Positions 33,694 to 43,230 of a stretch of 64,000 nt of DNA are shown here, piece by piece. Position 1 is the stretch's first letter. Each line of letters starts with the position of its first letter. The notes beneath the pieces were generated by a model, which worked only from the letters and a program-made list of their open reading frames with translations, did not search any database and was not told where the DNA came from. The DNA lies in assembly GCA_963667175.2 (NCBI GenBank), contig CAXXXF010000010.1, positions 29,343-93,342 of the forward strand, read 5' to 3'. The translations under genes and the position numbers were made by a program. This DNA is from Candidatus Latescibacterota bacterium. GTDB taxonomy: Bacteria > Latescibacterota > UBA2968 > GCA-2709665.

Positions 33694-34686
33694 CTATGGA
33701 TCGCTCGATGGCGGTTGCGGCGCGACGTCTGAAGGCGTGGGAATTGTAATCTGCTGTTTATGCTTAGCCCACATTTTTCCTTTATTGGACGCGATAAACT
33801 TGACAGTGGATGAATTTTCAAAAATCAATGTCATTAGATGATAGGCAGTAAGGACGTAATCTTGTAGAACCTGATCGTCTTCCAGGAATTCCAGATTCAA
33901 CCCGAGTTCCTTCAATTTATCGGTGCCAATCCTCTGGCCATGAACATGGATCTGACCGTGGTCCGATGTATCCTCTGCGTTGAAATATGCGGCGACGATC
34001 TCGGCCTTCTTTGTTCTGCTGCTTTCATCTCTTATGTTATTGAACATTCGGCTCTGTAGCCAATCAATCACCAACTCCTTGCTGTATGTTAACGCCTTGT
34101 GGGCTTCCAGAACAAGCGAAGGTCCCATATTTTGCAAAATCGGCGCCCAAAGATGGGCTAATTTAGTATCCTCTTGGATGTCCTCGCGCGCGCGATTAAA
34201 TCCTTCTTGAATTGCCCTCGCTGAATGGGTCTTGTTTCCTATTCCAAAATGCGGATCGATCGGTCCAAGCTGGCTCTGTTTGCCAAGTACCAACAAATCA
34301 CAAGCGAGACATATCATCGCACCGCCCGACATTGCAAGATACGGTACGGCCACATCAATCCGATCAAATTTTGCATGTAGATATTCAACAATACTCTCGA
34401 CCGCGTTAGGGTCTCCACCAGGAGTATGCAGTATCAAGAGAAGGCCCTTGTCCGTGCGCGCTTCGTAAAGCGCGTTCATGAATCCATTGACATCCTCTCG
34501 AGTTATACTTGCATCGTCGTCCGTCTTTTGTAGAAAAGCGGATGCGTAATAGATGACTGAGGTCCCGCCACGATTCCTTGAGATCGCATCCAGGCACTCG
34601 ATCAGCTTCTTAACAAGCCAATTGGGATCTTGGGCCTTAGATAGCTCTTGCTGAAAACTCTCTAAGAGTTCACTCCACGAGGGCAC
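33694..34686 (-). CDS. SDH-family ClpP-like serine proteinase
   Basis: LILHTPGG, AMSGGAM, LGPIDP, HVHG motifs. Confidence 0.85.
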   Translation of the reverse strand: MPSWSELLESFQQELSKAQDPNWLVKKLIECLDAISRNRGGTSVIYYASAFLQKTDDDASITREDVNGFMNALYEARTDKGLLLILHTPGGDPNAVESIVEYLHAKFDRIDVAVPYLAMSGGAMICLACDLLVLGKQSQLGPIDPHFGIGNKTHSARAIQEGFNRAREDIQEDTKLAHLWAPILQNMGPSLVLEAHKALTYSKELVIDWLQSRMFNNIRDESSRTKKAEIVAAYFNAEDTSDHGQIHVHGQRIGTDKLKELGLNLEFLEDDQVLQDYVLTAYHLMTLIFENSSTVKFIASNKGKMWAKHKQQITIPTPSDVAPQPPSSDP

Positions 34687-34697
34687 GTTATTTCCGC

Positions 34698-34895
34698 TTA
34701 GGCAATGCGAATTGCATTTGTTGTAAGAGGATTCTCAGGGCTCGGAGGTTGATACCGCACAGGATTCTCGGCTATATTTGTAGGTAACTCGTAAAGCTTG
34801 CTGACCTCAACGTATTGTTGATATTGCTTCTTGACCTTTTCTAAGGTCTTCAGATAGTCAGCCGAGACGACTTCCCGCTTATCTCGTTTTTCCAT
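34698..34895 (-). CDS. Small conserved peptide P (copy 1), 65 aa
   Basis: Good SD (AGGAGGAG); homologous to 45405-45641; 11 bp upstream of the SDH protease. Confidence 0.7.
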   Translation of the reverse strand: MEKRDKREVVSADYLKTLEKVKKQYQQYVEVSKLYELPTNIAENPVRYQPPSPENPLTTNAIRIA

Positions 34896-34951
34896 TAGAT
34901 CTCCTCCTGATTAATCGCACGCGGATGCAGAACAAACGTCTCTCCTTCTTT

Positions 34952-35182
34952 CTAATCTTCACTCGTGCCTAACTGTACTGCAACTCGTTCCGTATCGCCA
35001 TTTGTCGCCAAATCGATGATCGTCTCGAATCCTTTTTCCGGTGACTTAAAAACGGTAAATTGATTTCCCAAACGAAGATCTATGGATGAAGGACCAACTT
35101 GAGCAGGTTCTAAATCGGGCTCAATTATTAGCTTTCCTTTCTCAATCTCGGCCCAAATTTCCCGATCACTAAGGACCATCAA
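34952..35182 (-). pseudogene. dCTP deaminase N-terminal fragment
   Basis: MVLSDREI..GKLIIEP..QVGPSSIDLRLG, then stops at 76 aa. Confidence 0.75.
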
Positions 35183-35359
35183 GAATTCCTATTCGGTTTC
35201 TTGCAAAACAGCTTCTCGTTCTGCGCCCCGCACCAGAATTCTCGGTCCCGAAGTCAAAGTCTCCGTAGGTAGATCAACAAGCAAATCATCATTGTAATCG
35301 GCAATAATTGATCCTCTTAGCGCTTTATTCTGAATGATCACAAAACCGAGCCGGCGCAA

Positions 35360-35640
35360 ATGCCGTATAGGTCACTCCGTTTGCGTCAAATTGAACCAGA
35401 TATTCATCAAAAGATCCCAATTTGCGAAATTGACGACAAGCAATCCAAACTTGCTGAGGCTCAGTACGCCACTCTGGGATTTGAATCATTACAATACCAT
35501 TTCAATAAGATTGACACGATTTTGTCCGCGGTAAATCAAGACCCGTTTGTAATGGAATGTAGTCAGGTTTACTTGAGGTGTCAAGGGTGGGTAAACTGGA
35601 GTGATGGAAAGCACACGAGGATGACGCAGATACAGGGGCT
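35360..35640 (+). CDS. Hypothetical protein or fragment
   Basis: AT-rich ORF start; its 3' part runs into unrelated antisense remnants. Confidence 0.3.
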
Positions 35641-35733
35641 TACCGAACGTCGAGGAAGTCGCGAGGAGTGGACGAGATCGCACCTTTTTTTTTCACGAGG
35701 ATATCTGCCGACAACGACCAATGTCAAGGCGAC

Positions 35734-35804
35734 TTACACACCCACAACCGCCTCCGTATCACCGGCTGCGACGGTATTCCTGTATGCCAAGATCATCTCG
35801 CGGG
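35734..35804 (-). repeat. Diverged copy of the last 71 bp of the RM gene (45764-45834)
   Basis: Encodes REMILAYRNTVAAGDTEAVVGV* versus REMILAYMNALAAGDTDTVVDV*; 57/71 nt identical by manual alignment. Confidence 0.85.
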
Positions 35805-35814
35805 CGGGGACGTA

Positions 35815-36081
35815 TTACAAATGACGCCGGGCACTGGCCAGGTCCCGATGGAGGTCTTCCTCGGTTTGATGGAAGGTGTCAACGCCGTAGTCAGATAGTT
35901 TCATAAGAAACAACGGCTTTGGAATATTGGCCAGCTTCGCTGCCGCCCCCGAAGACAACCGTCCCAACTCGTATAGCTTGACGGCGACGAGGTTCCTCGC
36001 CTCTTCGCTGAACTGGCTGGGTGAATATCCCAGGGCAAGCAAGACGTCATCGCCGTATTCGATGGTCAACGTTCTCTTCAT
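35815..36081 (-). CDS. UPF0175-family antitoxin, followed by a 10-codon DUF3368/PIN-like start remnant (VPGVICNTSP)
   Basis: AVKLYELGRLSSGAAAKLANIPKPLFLMKL signature. Confidence 0.8.
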   Translation of the reverse strand: MKRTLTIEYGDDVLLALGYSPSQFSEEARNLVAVKLYELGRLSSGAAAKLANIPKPLFLMKLSDYGVDTFHQTEEDLHRDLASARRHL

Positions 36082-36279
36082 CGCGTCGTGTCTCCTGTCG
36101 AAAGACCGACGCGTTTCCTCAACCGTCAGCATCCGGTTCTTTCCCGTGCGGATATCCTCATCAATCTGTAACGACCGGGCCAAATACGGATCTTCGTCCT
36201 GCTCCGTTGCCACGTCTTCAGGACGCTCGCCCAGCCGAACACGGTGAATCATCCCCCTAACAAGATTGACAACACCCAT
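36082..36279 (-). CDS. Antitoxin X copy 2, fused in frame to UPF0175
   Basis: MGVVNLVRGMIHRVRLGERP nearly identical to 41621-41836. Confidence 0.65.
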
Positions 36280-36622
36280 ATTGTCCTCTCCTTTTTCGAT
36301 CCTTCGCCAAAATCGAAGCCAGATTAGACACCCAGTAATCCTCCACCGCTTTTCTCCCCGGCTTTTCAGCCACCGTAGCGTCCCTTGTATTCCCCATCAA
36401 ACAACTGAAACATTCGCCGCCCGCTATTTTTGATATTCCACCCGTAGCGCCGGGCAGCGTCGATACGGGCACGGGCTATGGCCTCTTTTGACATGGCGGC
36501 ATGTTCTTGTTCACGGTCGGAACGTTTAGGCTTTGTTGTCTGTTAGGCCATGGGACGTCTCATGTTGGGTTAGCGGTCTCAGGCAATGTCATCGCACGAT
36601 CTGAACAACTGTGTCAACCGCC

Positions 36623-36967
36623 TTACCCTGTGCAAATTGTAACCTGCGTCAGTGGCTCGATAGGTGGAACGTCCGACACTGGCACGGTCTGGCCCGTTAT
36701 TGCCGTAATCAACTCTTCCCCAAGAGGTGTCGGGCAGGCGAATATCTTATGTTTGATCACCATAAGACCCACCTCGGCCATGTTCTCACACGCACGGATC
36801 ATCTGGCCCATCTTGTATCCCTTCTCTTCATCCGCCAAAGCTGAATACAGCGTTTGGTGAGCCAGACCGTCACCGGCAATGCGCGTCGAATTGAACTGGG
36901 GATAAGTCTCAAGAACGTCGCGGTAGATATCCGGCAGGTTCTTAACGTATTGTTCGTCAATGGGCAT
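36623..36967 (-). CDS. Protein Y copy 3 (~110 aa, winged-helix-like, unknown function)
   Basis: MPIDEQYVKNLPDIY...PTPLGEELI; three copies in window. Confidence 0.7.
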   Translation of the reverse strand: MPIDEQYVKNLPDIYRDVLETYPQFNSTRIAGDGLAHQTLYSALADEEKGYKMGQMIRACENMAEVGLMVIKHKIFACPTPLGEELITAITGQTVPVSDVPPIEPLTQVTICTG

Positions 36968-37195
36968 CGACAACCTCTTTTGGTCAGTCACTTGCTCGAT
37001 CACTATGGAGGAGGGGCCGAGCCCGCCATGTATGCAACGTAGACCGATGGCAGTGTCTGATCAACTTCACACGGGCAGACTCGCGATTGATCGCGGCGAC
37101 AGGTAGACCAACTTCGAAAGATCCAAGGCGGCAATCGGGTTGTGTGGTGATGGTCGCTCTTCCGACTCATACAGCAAGTTTCGATTCGAAGGCGA

Positions 37196-37678
37196 TCATC
37201 CATGAAGAGCCTTCGTCAAAAGCGAACCGCATCGAACCAGTTTTACGGGCGCCAGCTTCCCTCTGAATACAACCTGATTGGCAGGCTTTAGAAATCGGTC
37301 GCGTTCAATTCGACGGAGTTCGCCCCCGTAAGCTGCGACGGGACGAAACTTGATACGGAGGTCTCCCGGTAGCAAGTTATCGGCCAGACCGGCGCCACCG
37401 CGTAACTGGGGCAGGAACTTGCTTACGCGCGCGGCGCTGGCAGTTAATTCTATTGGTGAAACCCACGATTCCTTCCTTGCGGAGTCCCATCCAACGAATA
37501 AATAGTCACGATGCGCCTCGTCTGCCACTACCGGGGATGCCTCGTGTTCCAGGTCGACCAATACCGATGGCGCAGGCGCCGCCGACAACGACAAGGAGCA
37601 GCTTCCCTCTCGGCACACTGTTGCGTGGCAAAGCAGGCTAGTTCCTTCTCTGACAGCTTCTACCGCTTTCACTGGCAC
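37196..37678 (-). CDS. Small partner of ATPase, possibly nuclease-fold
   Basis: Overlaps ATPase stop; DYLF...IELT...QL resembles a D-ExK-type pattern. Confidence 0.55.
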   Translation of the reverse strand: MPVKAVEAVREGTSLLCHATVCREGSCSLSLSAAPAPSVLVDLEHEASPVVADEAHRDYLFVGWDSARKESWVSPIELTASAARVSKFLPQLRGGAGLADNLLPGDLRIKFRPVAAYGGELRRIERDRFLKPANQVVFRGKLAPVKLVRCGSLLTKALHG

Positions 37679-39266
37679 TACTTTCCTGAATCCGGGACGA
37701 GATTTCAGCCCACCGGTTATAGAGATCTTCGGTAATCAGCCCGAACCCTGCCGGAAACGTCCCCGACTTAATATCCAGAGGAATCTCCCGTACGACTGAA
37801 CCGCTCCGTTCCGATCCTCTTTCAAACAGCCAGGCGCCTATTTCTTCAGGACTTAATTGCAGATCCGCAGACTCAACTCCCTCACGATTCTCCTCGTCCA
37901 GGTCCGACATCCTGACCAGATTGGCCAATTCCTCAAGTACCCACTCACTGTGCGTCGTTATAAGGATTCGGATGCCGGATTTGACCGCCGCCGCGAGTTG
38001 GCGGACAAATTCCACTTGCATTGCCGGATGCAGGTGCGACTCAGGTTCTTCGATGATAAGCAGGTCGCCCTGCTGAACGGCGTGGCGCAGGTACAGCACG
38101 ACCGGCGCCAACTCCGATACCATCGATGACGCATTCATCAGCTTCAGATCCTTCTTCCAGCCATCCGGGCGATACACAAACGATGGGTAGTCAATTTCCG
38201 ACCGTTCAACGTGGACGGTGCCCCGCAAGAGCGCCTGTTCCATACGCAGAGCGATTTCATTGTCCCCTTCAGGATTCCCACGCGTCGAAGACGACGCCAG
38301 TGCAATCAGCTGTTCCAGAAAGTCGCCGAGAACCCCGGAGATTACCGGCATTGGCGAATCTTGGCGCAATACGGTTCGTGACGCGCTTGCGATCAATCCG
38401 CGGACGACCGATGGAAAAGCATGCACCAGGGCGGCTCGCTCCGCGGGAAGGTAATGAGCCGGACGCGACAGTGGATCGACAATGTATGAAATTACCGCAC
38501 CGGCAATGACGCCAGGGATGTCTCTCGCGATCGATTCTCGTTCTTCTCTATCTGATTGTTGCTGCGCCAACCGTTCCGCCTCAACGCGTCTCGCCAGAGA
38601 ATCCCGTTCAAATCGTAAGGGCGTATCTCTCCCAATACGCGTTCGTATCTCTTTCTCGTCCCCCGCAAAGCGTAGTTCAACTATGGGATCTTCAGGTGTG
38701 CTTTCGGCAGACGTAACGGAAATCAGGGAGTACGCAGCCTCGTCTACCGTTGGATATGTAGTCAGGTTTTCTGTTCGATCCATCCCAAAACACCTTGCGA
38801 TCTCTCCTTCCAAAGAGCTGGTCAGATTCGCGGCGCGATTCAAAGTCGGACGTATCAGAGCGGCAAGCGAGTGCGGCAGTTCGCATACAGCGCCTCCGCT
38901 ACCAACGGATATTCTGGTATCATCGAGTGTTTTTTTGGTCCATGCGGAGAGTCTCTCAATGTCATCGTCTGAAGGATGAATATCGGAATCCCGGTACGGA
39001 TCGTTCGGGGTTGACACGGGATACGCAGGTCCGTAGCGGGAAATTTCAGAATAGGAATTAAAGAAACGATGCAGTGCGTAGATCAACTTGGCAAGGGAGG
39101 ACTTGCCGGTGTTTCCACGGCCCACAAAGACGGTTAAGGGTCGCAACTCAATGGCCGCCTCGTCGACGGGTCCAAAATTGGATACCCGAATCTCAAGCGG
39201 CCTTTCTGTCGATGCCTCGTTTATGGGCAAATCCTCCAACGTTTCTTTTCGCAGACCGGAGGCCAC
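37638..39266 (-). CDS. ABC-type (AAA_15/AAA_21-like) ATPase
   Basis: NFGP, GRGNTGKS, YLPAER, SSMVSELAP, IIEEPESHLHP, ITTHS. Confidence 0.9.
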   Translation of the reverse strand: MASGLRKETLEDLPINEASTERPLEIRVSNFGPVDEAAIELRPLTVFVGRGNTGKSSLAKLIYALHRFFNSYSEISRYGPAYPVSTPNDPYRDSDIHPSDDDIERLSAWTKKTLDDTRISVGSGGAVCELPHSLAALIRPTLNRAANLTSSLEGEIARCFGMDRTENLTTYPTVDEAAYSLISVTSAESTPEDPIVELRFAGDEKEIRTRIGRDTPLRFERDSLARRVEAERLAQQQSDREERESIARDIPGVIAGAVISYIVDPLSRPAHYLPAERAALVHAFPSVVRGLIASASRTVLRQDSPMPVISGVLGDFLEQLIALASSSTRGNPEGDNEIALRMEQALLRGTVHVERSEIDYPSFVYRPDGWKKDLKLMNASSMVSELAPVVLYLRHAVQQGDLLIIEEPESHLHPAMQVEFVRQLAAAVKSGIRILITTHSEWVLEELANLVRMSDLDEENREGVESADLQLSPEEIGAWLFERGSERSGSVVREIPLDIKSGTFPAGFGLITEDLYNRWAEISSRIQESSASESGRSCQRRN

Positions 39267-39312
39267 GAATCAACTCACCGAGTCAACCGCCTTACCCTGT
39301 GCAAATCGCGAC

Positions 39313-39636
39313 CTACCTCGGTGGCTCGATAGGGGGAACGTCGGACACAGGCACGGTTTGGCCCGTTATTGCCGAAATCAACTCTTCCCCAAGTGGTGTC
39401 GGGCAGGCGAATATCTTATGTTTGATCTGCATTAGACCGACCTCCGCCATGTTCTCACACGCACGGATTATCTGGCCCATCTTGTATCCCTTCTCTTCAT
39501 CCGCCAATGCCGAATACAGCGTTTGGTAAGCCAGGCCGTCACCGGCAATGCGTGTCGAATTGAACTGGGGATAAGCCTCAAGAATGTTGCGGTAGATGTC
39601 CGGAAGGTCCTTAACGTATTGGTCGTCTATGGGCAT
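39313..39636 (-). CDS. Protein Y copy 2
   Basis: 107-aa intact copy. Confidence 0.7.
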   Translation of the reverse strand: MPIDDQYVKDLPDIYRNILEAYPQFNSTRIAGDGLAYQTLYSALADEEKGYKMGQIIRACENMAEVGLMQIKHKIFACPTPLGEELISAITGQTVPVSDVPPIEPPR

Positions 39637-39745
39637 CGTAAACGTCCTCTATTTCGTCGTGTGTCCAATTTTGATCTTTGAGTAGGTAGGCGCGCATCAA
39701 TCTATATTGGCACGTAGGGTTAGGCGATACGAAAAGTCTCACGTA

Positions 39746-40165
39746 TCACCGATCTTTGGATTTCACTGGAATTCCGGCCGGAACCAGAGTGAAGGGATTG
39801 GCGATCGTGGTTCTGCCAAATCGCTTGAGGAGTTGAGCTTCATTTGTCTGATCGAGATTCTCGTCTCGAATGACGCGGCGAATGGCTGGCTGGCCCAGGC
39901 CGGGGATACGTACCAAGAAGAATGGCCACAGTACGTCAGATTCGTAGCATTTTACAAGACATGGAAAGTCGACAATCGGCGAAACACCTTCCTTGTTGCG
40001 AAATGCTTCGGCGTACTCGAAACGCCATTTTCCCGCATGAAGCGTTAGACGCCCAACGTCCATTTCGTGGAATTTCAGCAAGAACTCGGCGTCCTCATTT
40101 TGAGGAGTTCGGAGATGCTCCCGGCCGTCCTGACGGAACAGAAGCTTTTTGGGTGCCGATATCAT
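39746..40165 (-). CDS. HipA N-terminal-domain (HipS-like) protein copy 2, no adjacent kinase
   Basis: VGRLT..WRFEY, LWPFF..RIP; near-identical to 42778-43197. Confidence 0.75.
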   Translation of the reverse strand: MISAPKKLLFRQDGREHLRTPQNEDAEFLLKFHEMDVGRLTLHAGKWRFEYAEAFRNKEGVSPIVDFPCLVKCYESDVLWPFFLVRIPGLGQPAIRRVIRDENLDQTNEAQLLKRFGRTTIANPFTLVPAGIPVKSKDR

Positions 40166-40229
40166 GGCGCATTCGGATGGCAAGTAGACATATTAAGATT
40201 CAGCGCGTGGAAATTCAGTGGCCGACCAT

Positions 40230-40440
40230 TTATACTTCGGCAGACTCCTCATATTCGCCAATAATCGAGTCACTCATATGGGAGAGGTATTTCGCTTCAG
40301 CCAACGAATCGATTGAGTCATAAGCGAGGAACGAGCATTGATCGTACAACGGGCCTCTCTCCAAGAGCGAGAATTCCGGCCTTCTGATCTCATGTAGAAC
40401 CCTATCCCGTTTATGCGCGGGAGCGACGATATGCAAACGA
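40230..40440 (-). pseudogene. C-terminal fragment resembling EVE-domain/nuclease proteins
   Basis: LHIVAP..RDRVLHEIRRPEFSLLERGPL...YDS; recalled similarity only. Confidence 0.45.
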
Positions 40441-40666
40441 ATGGGGATTACGCAGAAAAGTGCCAGACGCAAACACCGTGCCGGATATTTCCGAAAATCC
40501 CCGCTTGACAATCGAAATTTTCATCCGTAAATAGTGATGTGCAGCGGTTGAACGAGCGTGCCAGCGCACTCTAAGGACAGCCACATGCCGGGATTCCCAT
40601 ATTCCGGCGCTGCCCTGCCGCTTCACACCACAAAGGTCAGTCAAACACAACGCAAAGGAGAGCAAA

Positions 40667-41005
40667 ATGACGATCTATCAACGGGCATTGCAAATCTGGA
40701 TGTTGCTGGTGTGTGCCGCACGAGAGCGTAAAATACTAACCTACGGTGAGATTGCCAAAATACTCGGAATGAAAGGCGCTGGACAGATGGGGAATTTTCT
40801 CGGCCCAATCATGTTTTACTGCGAGGAAAACAACCTACCCCCACTTTCTATTTTGGTTGTCAACCAAAAAACTGGTTTGCCAGGGGATGGACTCGTTACG
40901 ATAGGGGACATTGATAGTGACCGGGAGCGTGTGTTCAGATACAATTGGTTTGGCTTTCCACCACCGGAAACACAGGACTTTGAAGATGCCAATACCATAG
41001 ACTGA
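40667..41005 (+). CDS. Small winged-helix hypothetical protein
   Basis: LTYGEIA..LG, LPPLSILVVNQKTGLPG; SD AAGGAG; TTGACA-17-TAAATA at 40505-40533. Confidence 0.7.
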   Translation: MTIYQRALQIWMLLVCAARERKILTYGEIAKILGMKGAGQMGNFLGPIMFYCEENNLPPLSILVVNQKTGLPGDGLVTIGDIDSDRERVFRYNWFGFPPPETQDFEDANTID

Positions 41006-41218
41006 CTACCGCCGTTTAAGCCACGCCTCAAATTCCTTCTTTGATTTTTCTCCCTTGCCCGACTTCACCACCGGTGGGTCGTCAGCAAACAACGCCTTCA
41101 CAACCCCTTCCGGCGTAGCGTCGATACTCACATCCTCTTCCATCTCCGCCTTCGCCGGCTGATACTTACTTGCAGCAACCTCTACGACCGGCTTCTTCCT
41201 TACAGATTCAGAATCCAT
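41006..41218 (-). CDS. Small hypothetical protein (YQP.KAE.EED motif, recalled next to IS1595 transposases)
   Basis: KYQPAKAEMEEDVSIDATPE. Confidence 0.5.
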   Translation of the reverse strand: MDSESVRKKPVVEVAASKYQPAKAEMEEDVSIDATPEGVVKALFADDPPVVKSGKGEKSKKEFEAWLKRR

Positions 41219-41253
41219 ACGATTTCCCTCTTTCTTCGCGTCAAAAATCCCAA

Positions 41254-41628
41254 CTATCGACTTTTTGACCTTCGTCTTCCCCTTTGCTTCCCCTTGCCAT
41301 ACGCACCCTGCCGATGTTCCATCTCTACCACATGAACCTTCCCACCAATCCTCTTGTAAAATACCCGGTAATTCCCAGTTTCAATCCTGAACATCGGATC
41401 GTTCCGGGGCCGCCCCCTGATCTTTGTTGATCCCCGTATGTTTGCCGGATTGCCAAGAGCTTTAATCCTGTCCGATGCCGCGTTCTGGACATTTTCCTGC
41501 AAACCGTCTATAAACTTGGCAACAGAAGCAGAAATTAAAACCTGCTGTTCTTCCGGTTCCGATGATTTTGATTCCGCCTCTGAACGCCTCGCTCTTCTTG
41601 TTCGTTGACGACGGTGCGCCTCATCCAT
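41254..41628 (-). CDS. RelE/ParE-family toxin
   Basis: FRIETGNYRVFY..VHVVEMEHRQGAY; start overlaps antitoxin X stop. Confidence 0.75.
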   Translation of the reverse strand: MDEAHRRQRTRRARRSEAESKSSEPEEQQVLISASVAKFIDGLQENVQNAASDRIKALGNPANIRGSTKIRGRPRNDPMFRIETGNYRVFYKRIGGKVHVVEMEHRQGAYGKGKQRGRRRSKSR

Positions 41629-41836
41629 CTCCACTGCCACGCCTCTTAACTCTGTCGAAAAACCGACGCGTTTCCTCAGCCGCCAGCATCCGGTTCTTTC
41701 CCGTGCGGATATCCTCATCTATCTGTAACGACCGCGCCAAAAACGGATCTTCGTCCTGCTCCTTTGCCACGTCTACAGGACGCTCGCCCAGCCGAACACG
41801 GTGAATCATCCCCATAACAAGATTGACAACACCCAT
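41621..41836 (-). CDS. Putative antitoxin X copy 1
   Basis: 71 aa, SD GGAGAGG, ends EDIRTGKNRMLAAEE; directly upstream of RelE. Confidence 0.7.
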   Translation of the reverse strand: MGVVNLVMGMIHRVRLGERPVDVAKEQDEDPFLARSLQIDEDIRTGKNRMLAAEETRRFFDRVKRRGSGDG

Positions 41837-41922
41837 ATTATCCTCTCCTTTTTCGATCCCTCGCCAAAATCGAAGCCAGATTAAACGCCCAGTAATCCTC
41901 CACCGCTTTTCTCCCAGGCTTT

Positions 41923-42129
41923 TCACCCACCGTAGCGTCCCTTGTATTCCCCATCAAACAACTGAAACATTCGCGGCCCCGTATTTTTGATATTCCACCC
42001 GTAGCCTCGGGCAGCGCCGATACGGGCGCGGGCTTGGCGCTCAGTCAGTCCCATTTTTTCCGCAATCGTACCGATTTCTGCTCCTCCCGAATACCTTTCC
42101 AGCACACGAACAATCTCCGGCCTTTCCAT
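41923..42129 (-). CDS. Small HTH protein W (partial second copy 36363-36470)
   Basis: IAEKMGLTERQARARIGAARGYGWNI. Confidence 0.6.
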   Translation of the reverse strand: MERPEIVRVLERYSGGAEIGTIAEKMGLTERQARARIGAARGYGWNIKNTGPRMFQLFDGEYKGRYGG

Positions 42130-42345
42130 ACAATCCCCAATAACAGAGTCTCAATCCCCTTCACGGACACCTGGGCGGGCTATAGCCTCTTTTAGCATGG
42201 TGGCATGTTCTTGCTTACGGTCGGAACGTTTAGGCTTTTTGTCTGTTTGGCCATTGGACGTCTCATGTTGGGTTAGCGATCTCCGGCATGTCATCGCACG
42301 CCCTGAACGACTGAGTCAACGGCCTTACCCTGTGCAAATCGCAAC

Positions 42346-42668
42346 CTACGTCGGTGGCTCGATAGGGGGAACGTCCGACACTGGCACGGATTGGCCCGTT
42401 ATTGCCGTAATCAACTCTTCCCCAAGAGGTGTCGGACAGGCGAAAATCTTATGTTTGATCTGCATTAGACCGACCTCCGCCATGTTCTCACACGCACGGA
42501 TTATCTGGCCCATCTTGTATCCCTTCCCTTCATCCGCCAATGCCGAATACAACGTTTGGTAAGCCAGACCGTCACCGGCAATGCGCGTCGAATTGAACTT
42601 GGGATAAGTCTCAAGAATGTCGCGGTAGATGTCAGGCAGGTTCTAACGTAACGGTCGTCTATGGGCAT
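42346..42668 (-). CDS. Protein Y copy 1 (1-bp deletion near 42645)
   Basis: Aligns with the other copies; one base missing in codon 9. Confidence 0.65.
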
Positions 42669-42777
42669 CGAAAACGTCCTTTGTTTCGTCCTTTAGGCAA
42701 CATTGATCTGTGAGTGGGCAGACGCACATCACTCTATATTGGCACGTCGGGTTAGACGATACGAAAAATCTCCCGGA

Positions 42778-43197
42778 TCAACGAGCTTTGGATTTCGCTG
42801 GAATTCCGGCGGGAACCAGAGTGAAAGGATTGGCGATCGTGGTTTTGCCGAAACGCTTGAGGAGTTGTGCCTCATTGGTCTTGTCGAGATTCTCGTCTTG
42901 AATGACGCGGCGAATAGCTGGCTGGCCCAGGCCGGGGATACGTACCAAGAAGAATGGCCACAGTACCTCAGATTCGTAGCATTTTTCAAGACGTGGAAAG
43001 TCGACAATCGGCGAAACACCTTCCTTGTTGCGAAATGCTTCGGCGTACTCGAAACGCCACTTTCCCGCATGAAGCGTTAGACGCCCAACGTCCATTCCGT
43101 CGAATTTCAGCAGAAACTCGGCGTCTTCATCCTGGGGCGTGCGGAGATGCTCGCGGCCGTCCTGGCGGAACAGCATGCTTTTGATCGTCGAAATCAT
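42778..43197 (-). CDS. HipA N-terminal-domain (HipS-like) protein copy 1
   Basis: VGRLT..WRFEY, YES.VLWPFF..RIP; 33 bp downstream of the kinase. Confidence 0.8.
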   Translation of the reverse strand: MISTIKSMLFRQDGREHLRTPQDEDAEFLLKFDGMDVGRLTLHAGKWRFEYAEAFRNKEGVSPIVDFPRLEKCYESEVLWPFFLVRIPGLGQPAIRRVIQDENLDKTNEAQLLKRFGKTTIANPFTLVPAGIPAKSKAR

Positions 43198-43230
43198 GGT
43201 TTACTCCGTAGGGGAAATCGGTTGAACCTG

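Noticed and set aside
39313-43197. Diversity-generating retroelement template/variable repeat pair
   Set aside because: Differences between copies are not adenine-specific and no RT gene is present
35700-43200. Integron cassette array
   Set aside because: No convincing attC (RYYYAAC...GTTRRRY) sites or integrase; the repeats are coding fragments
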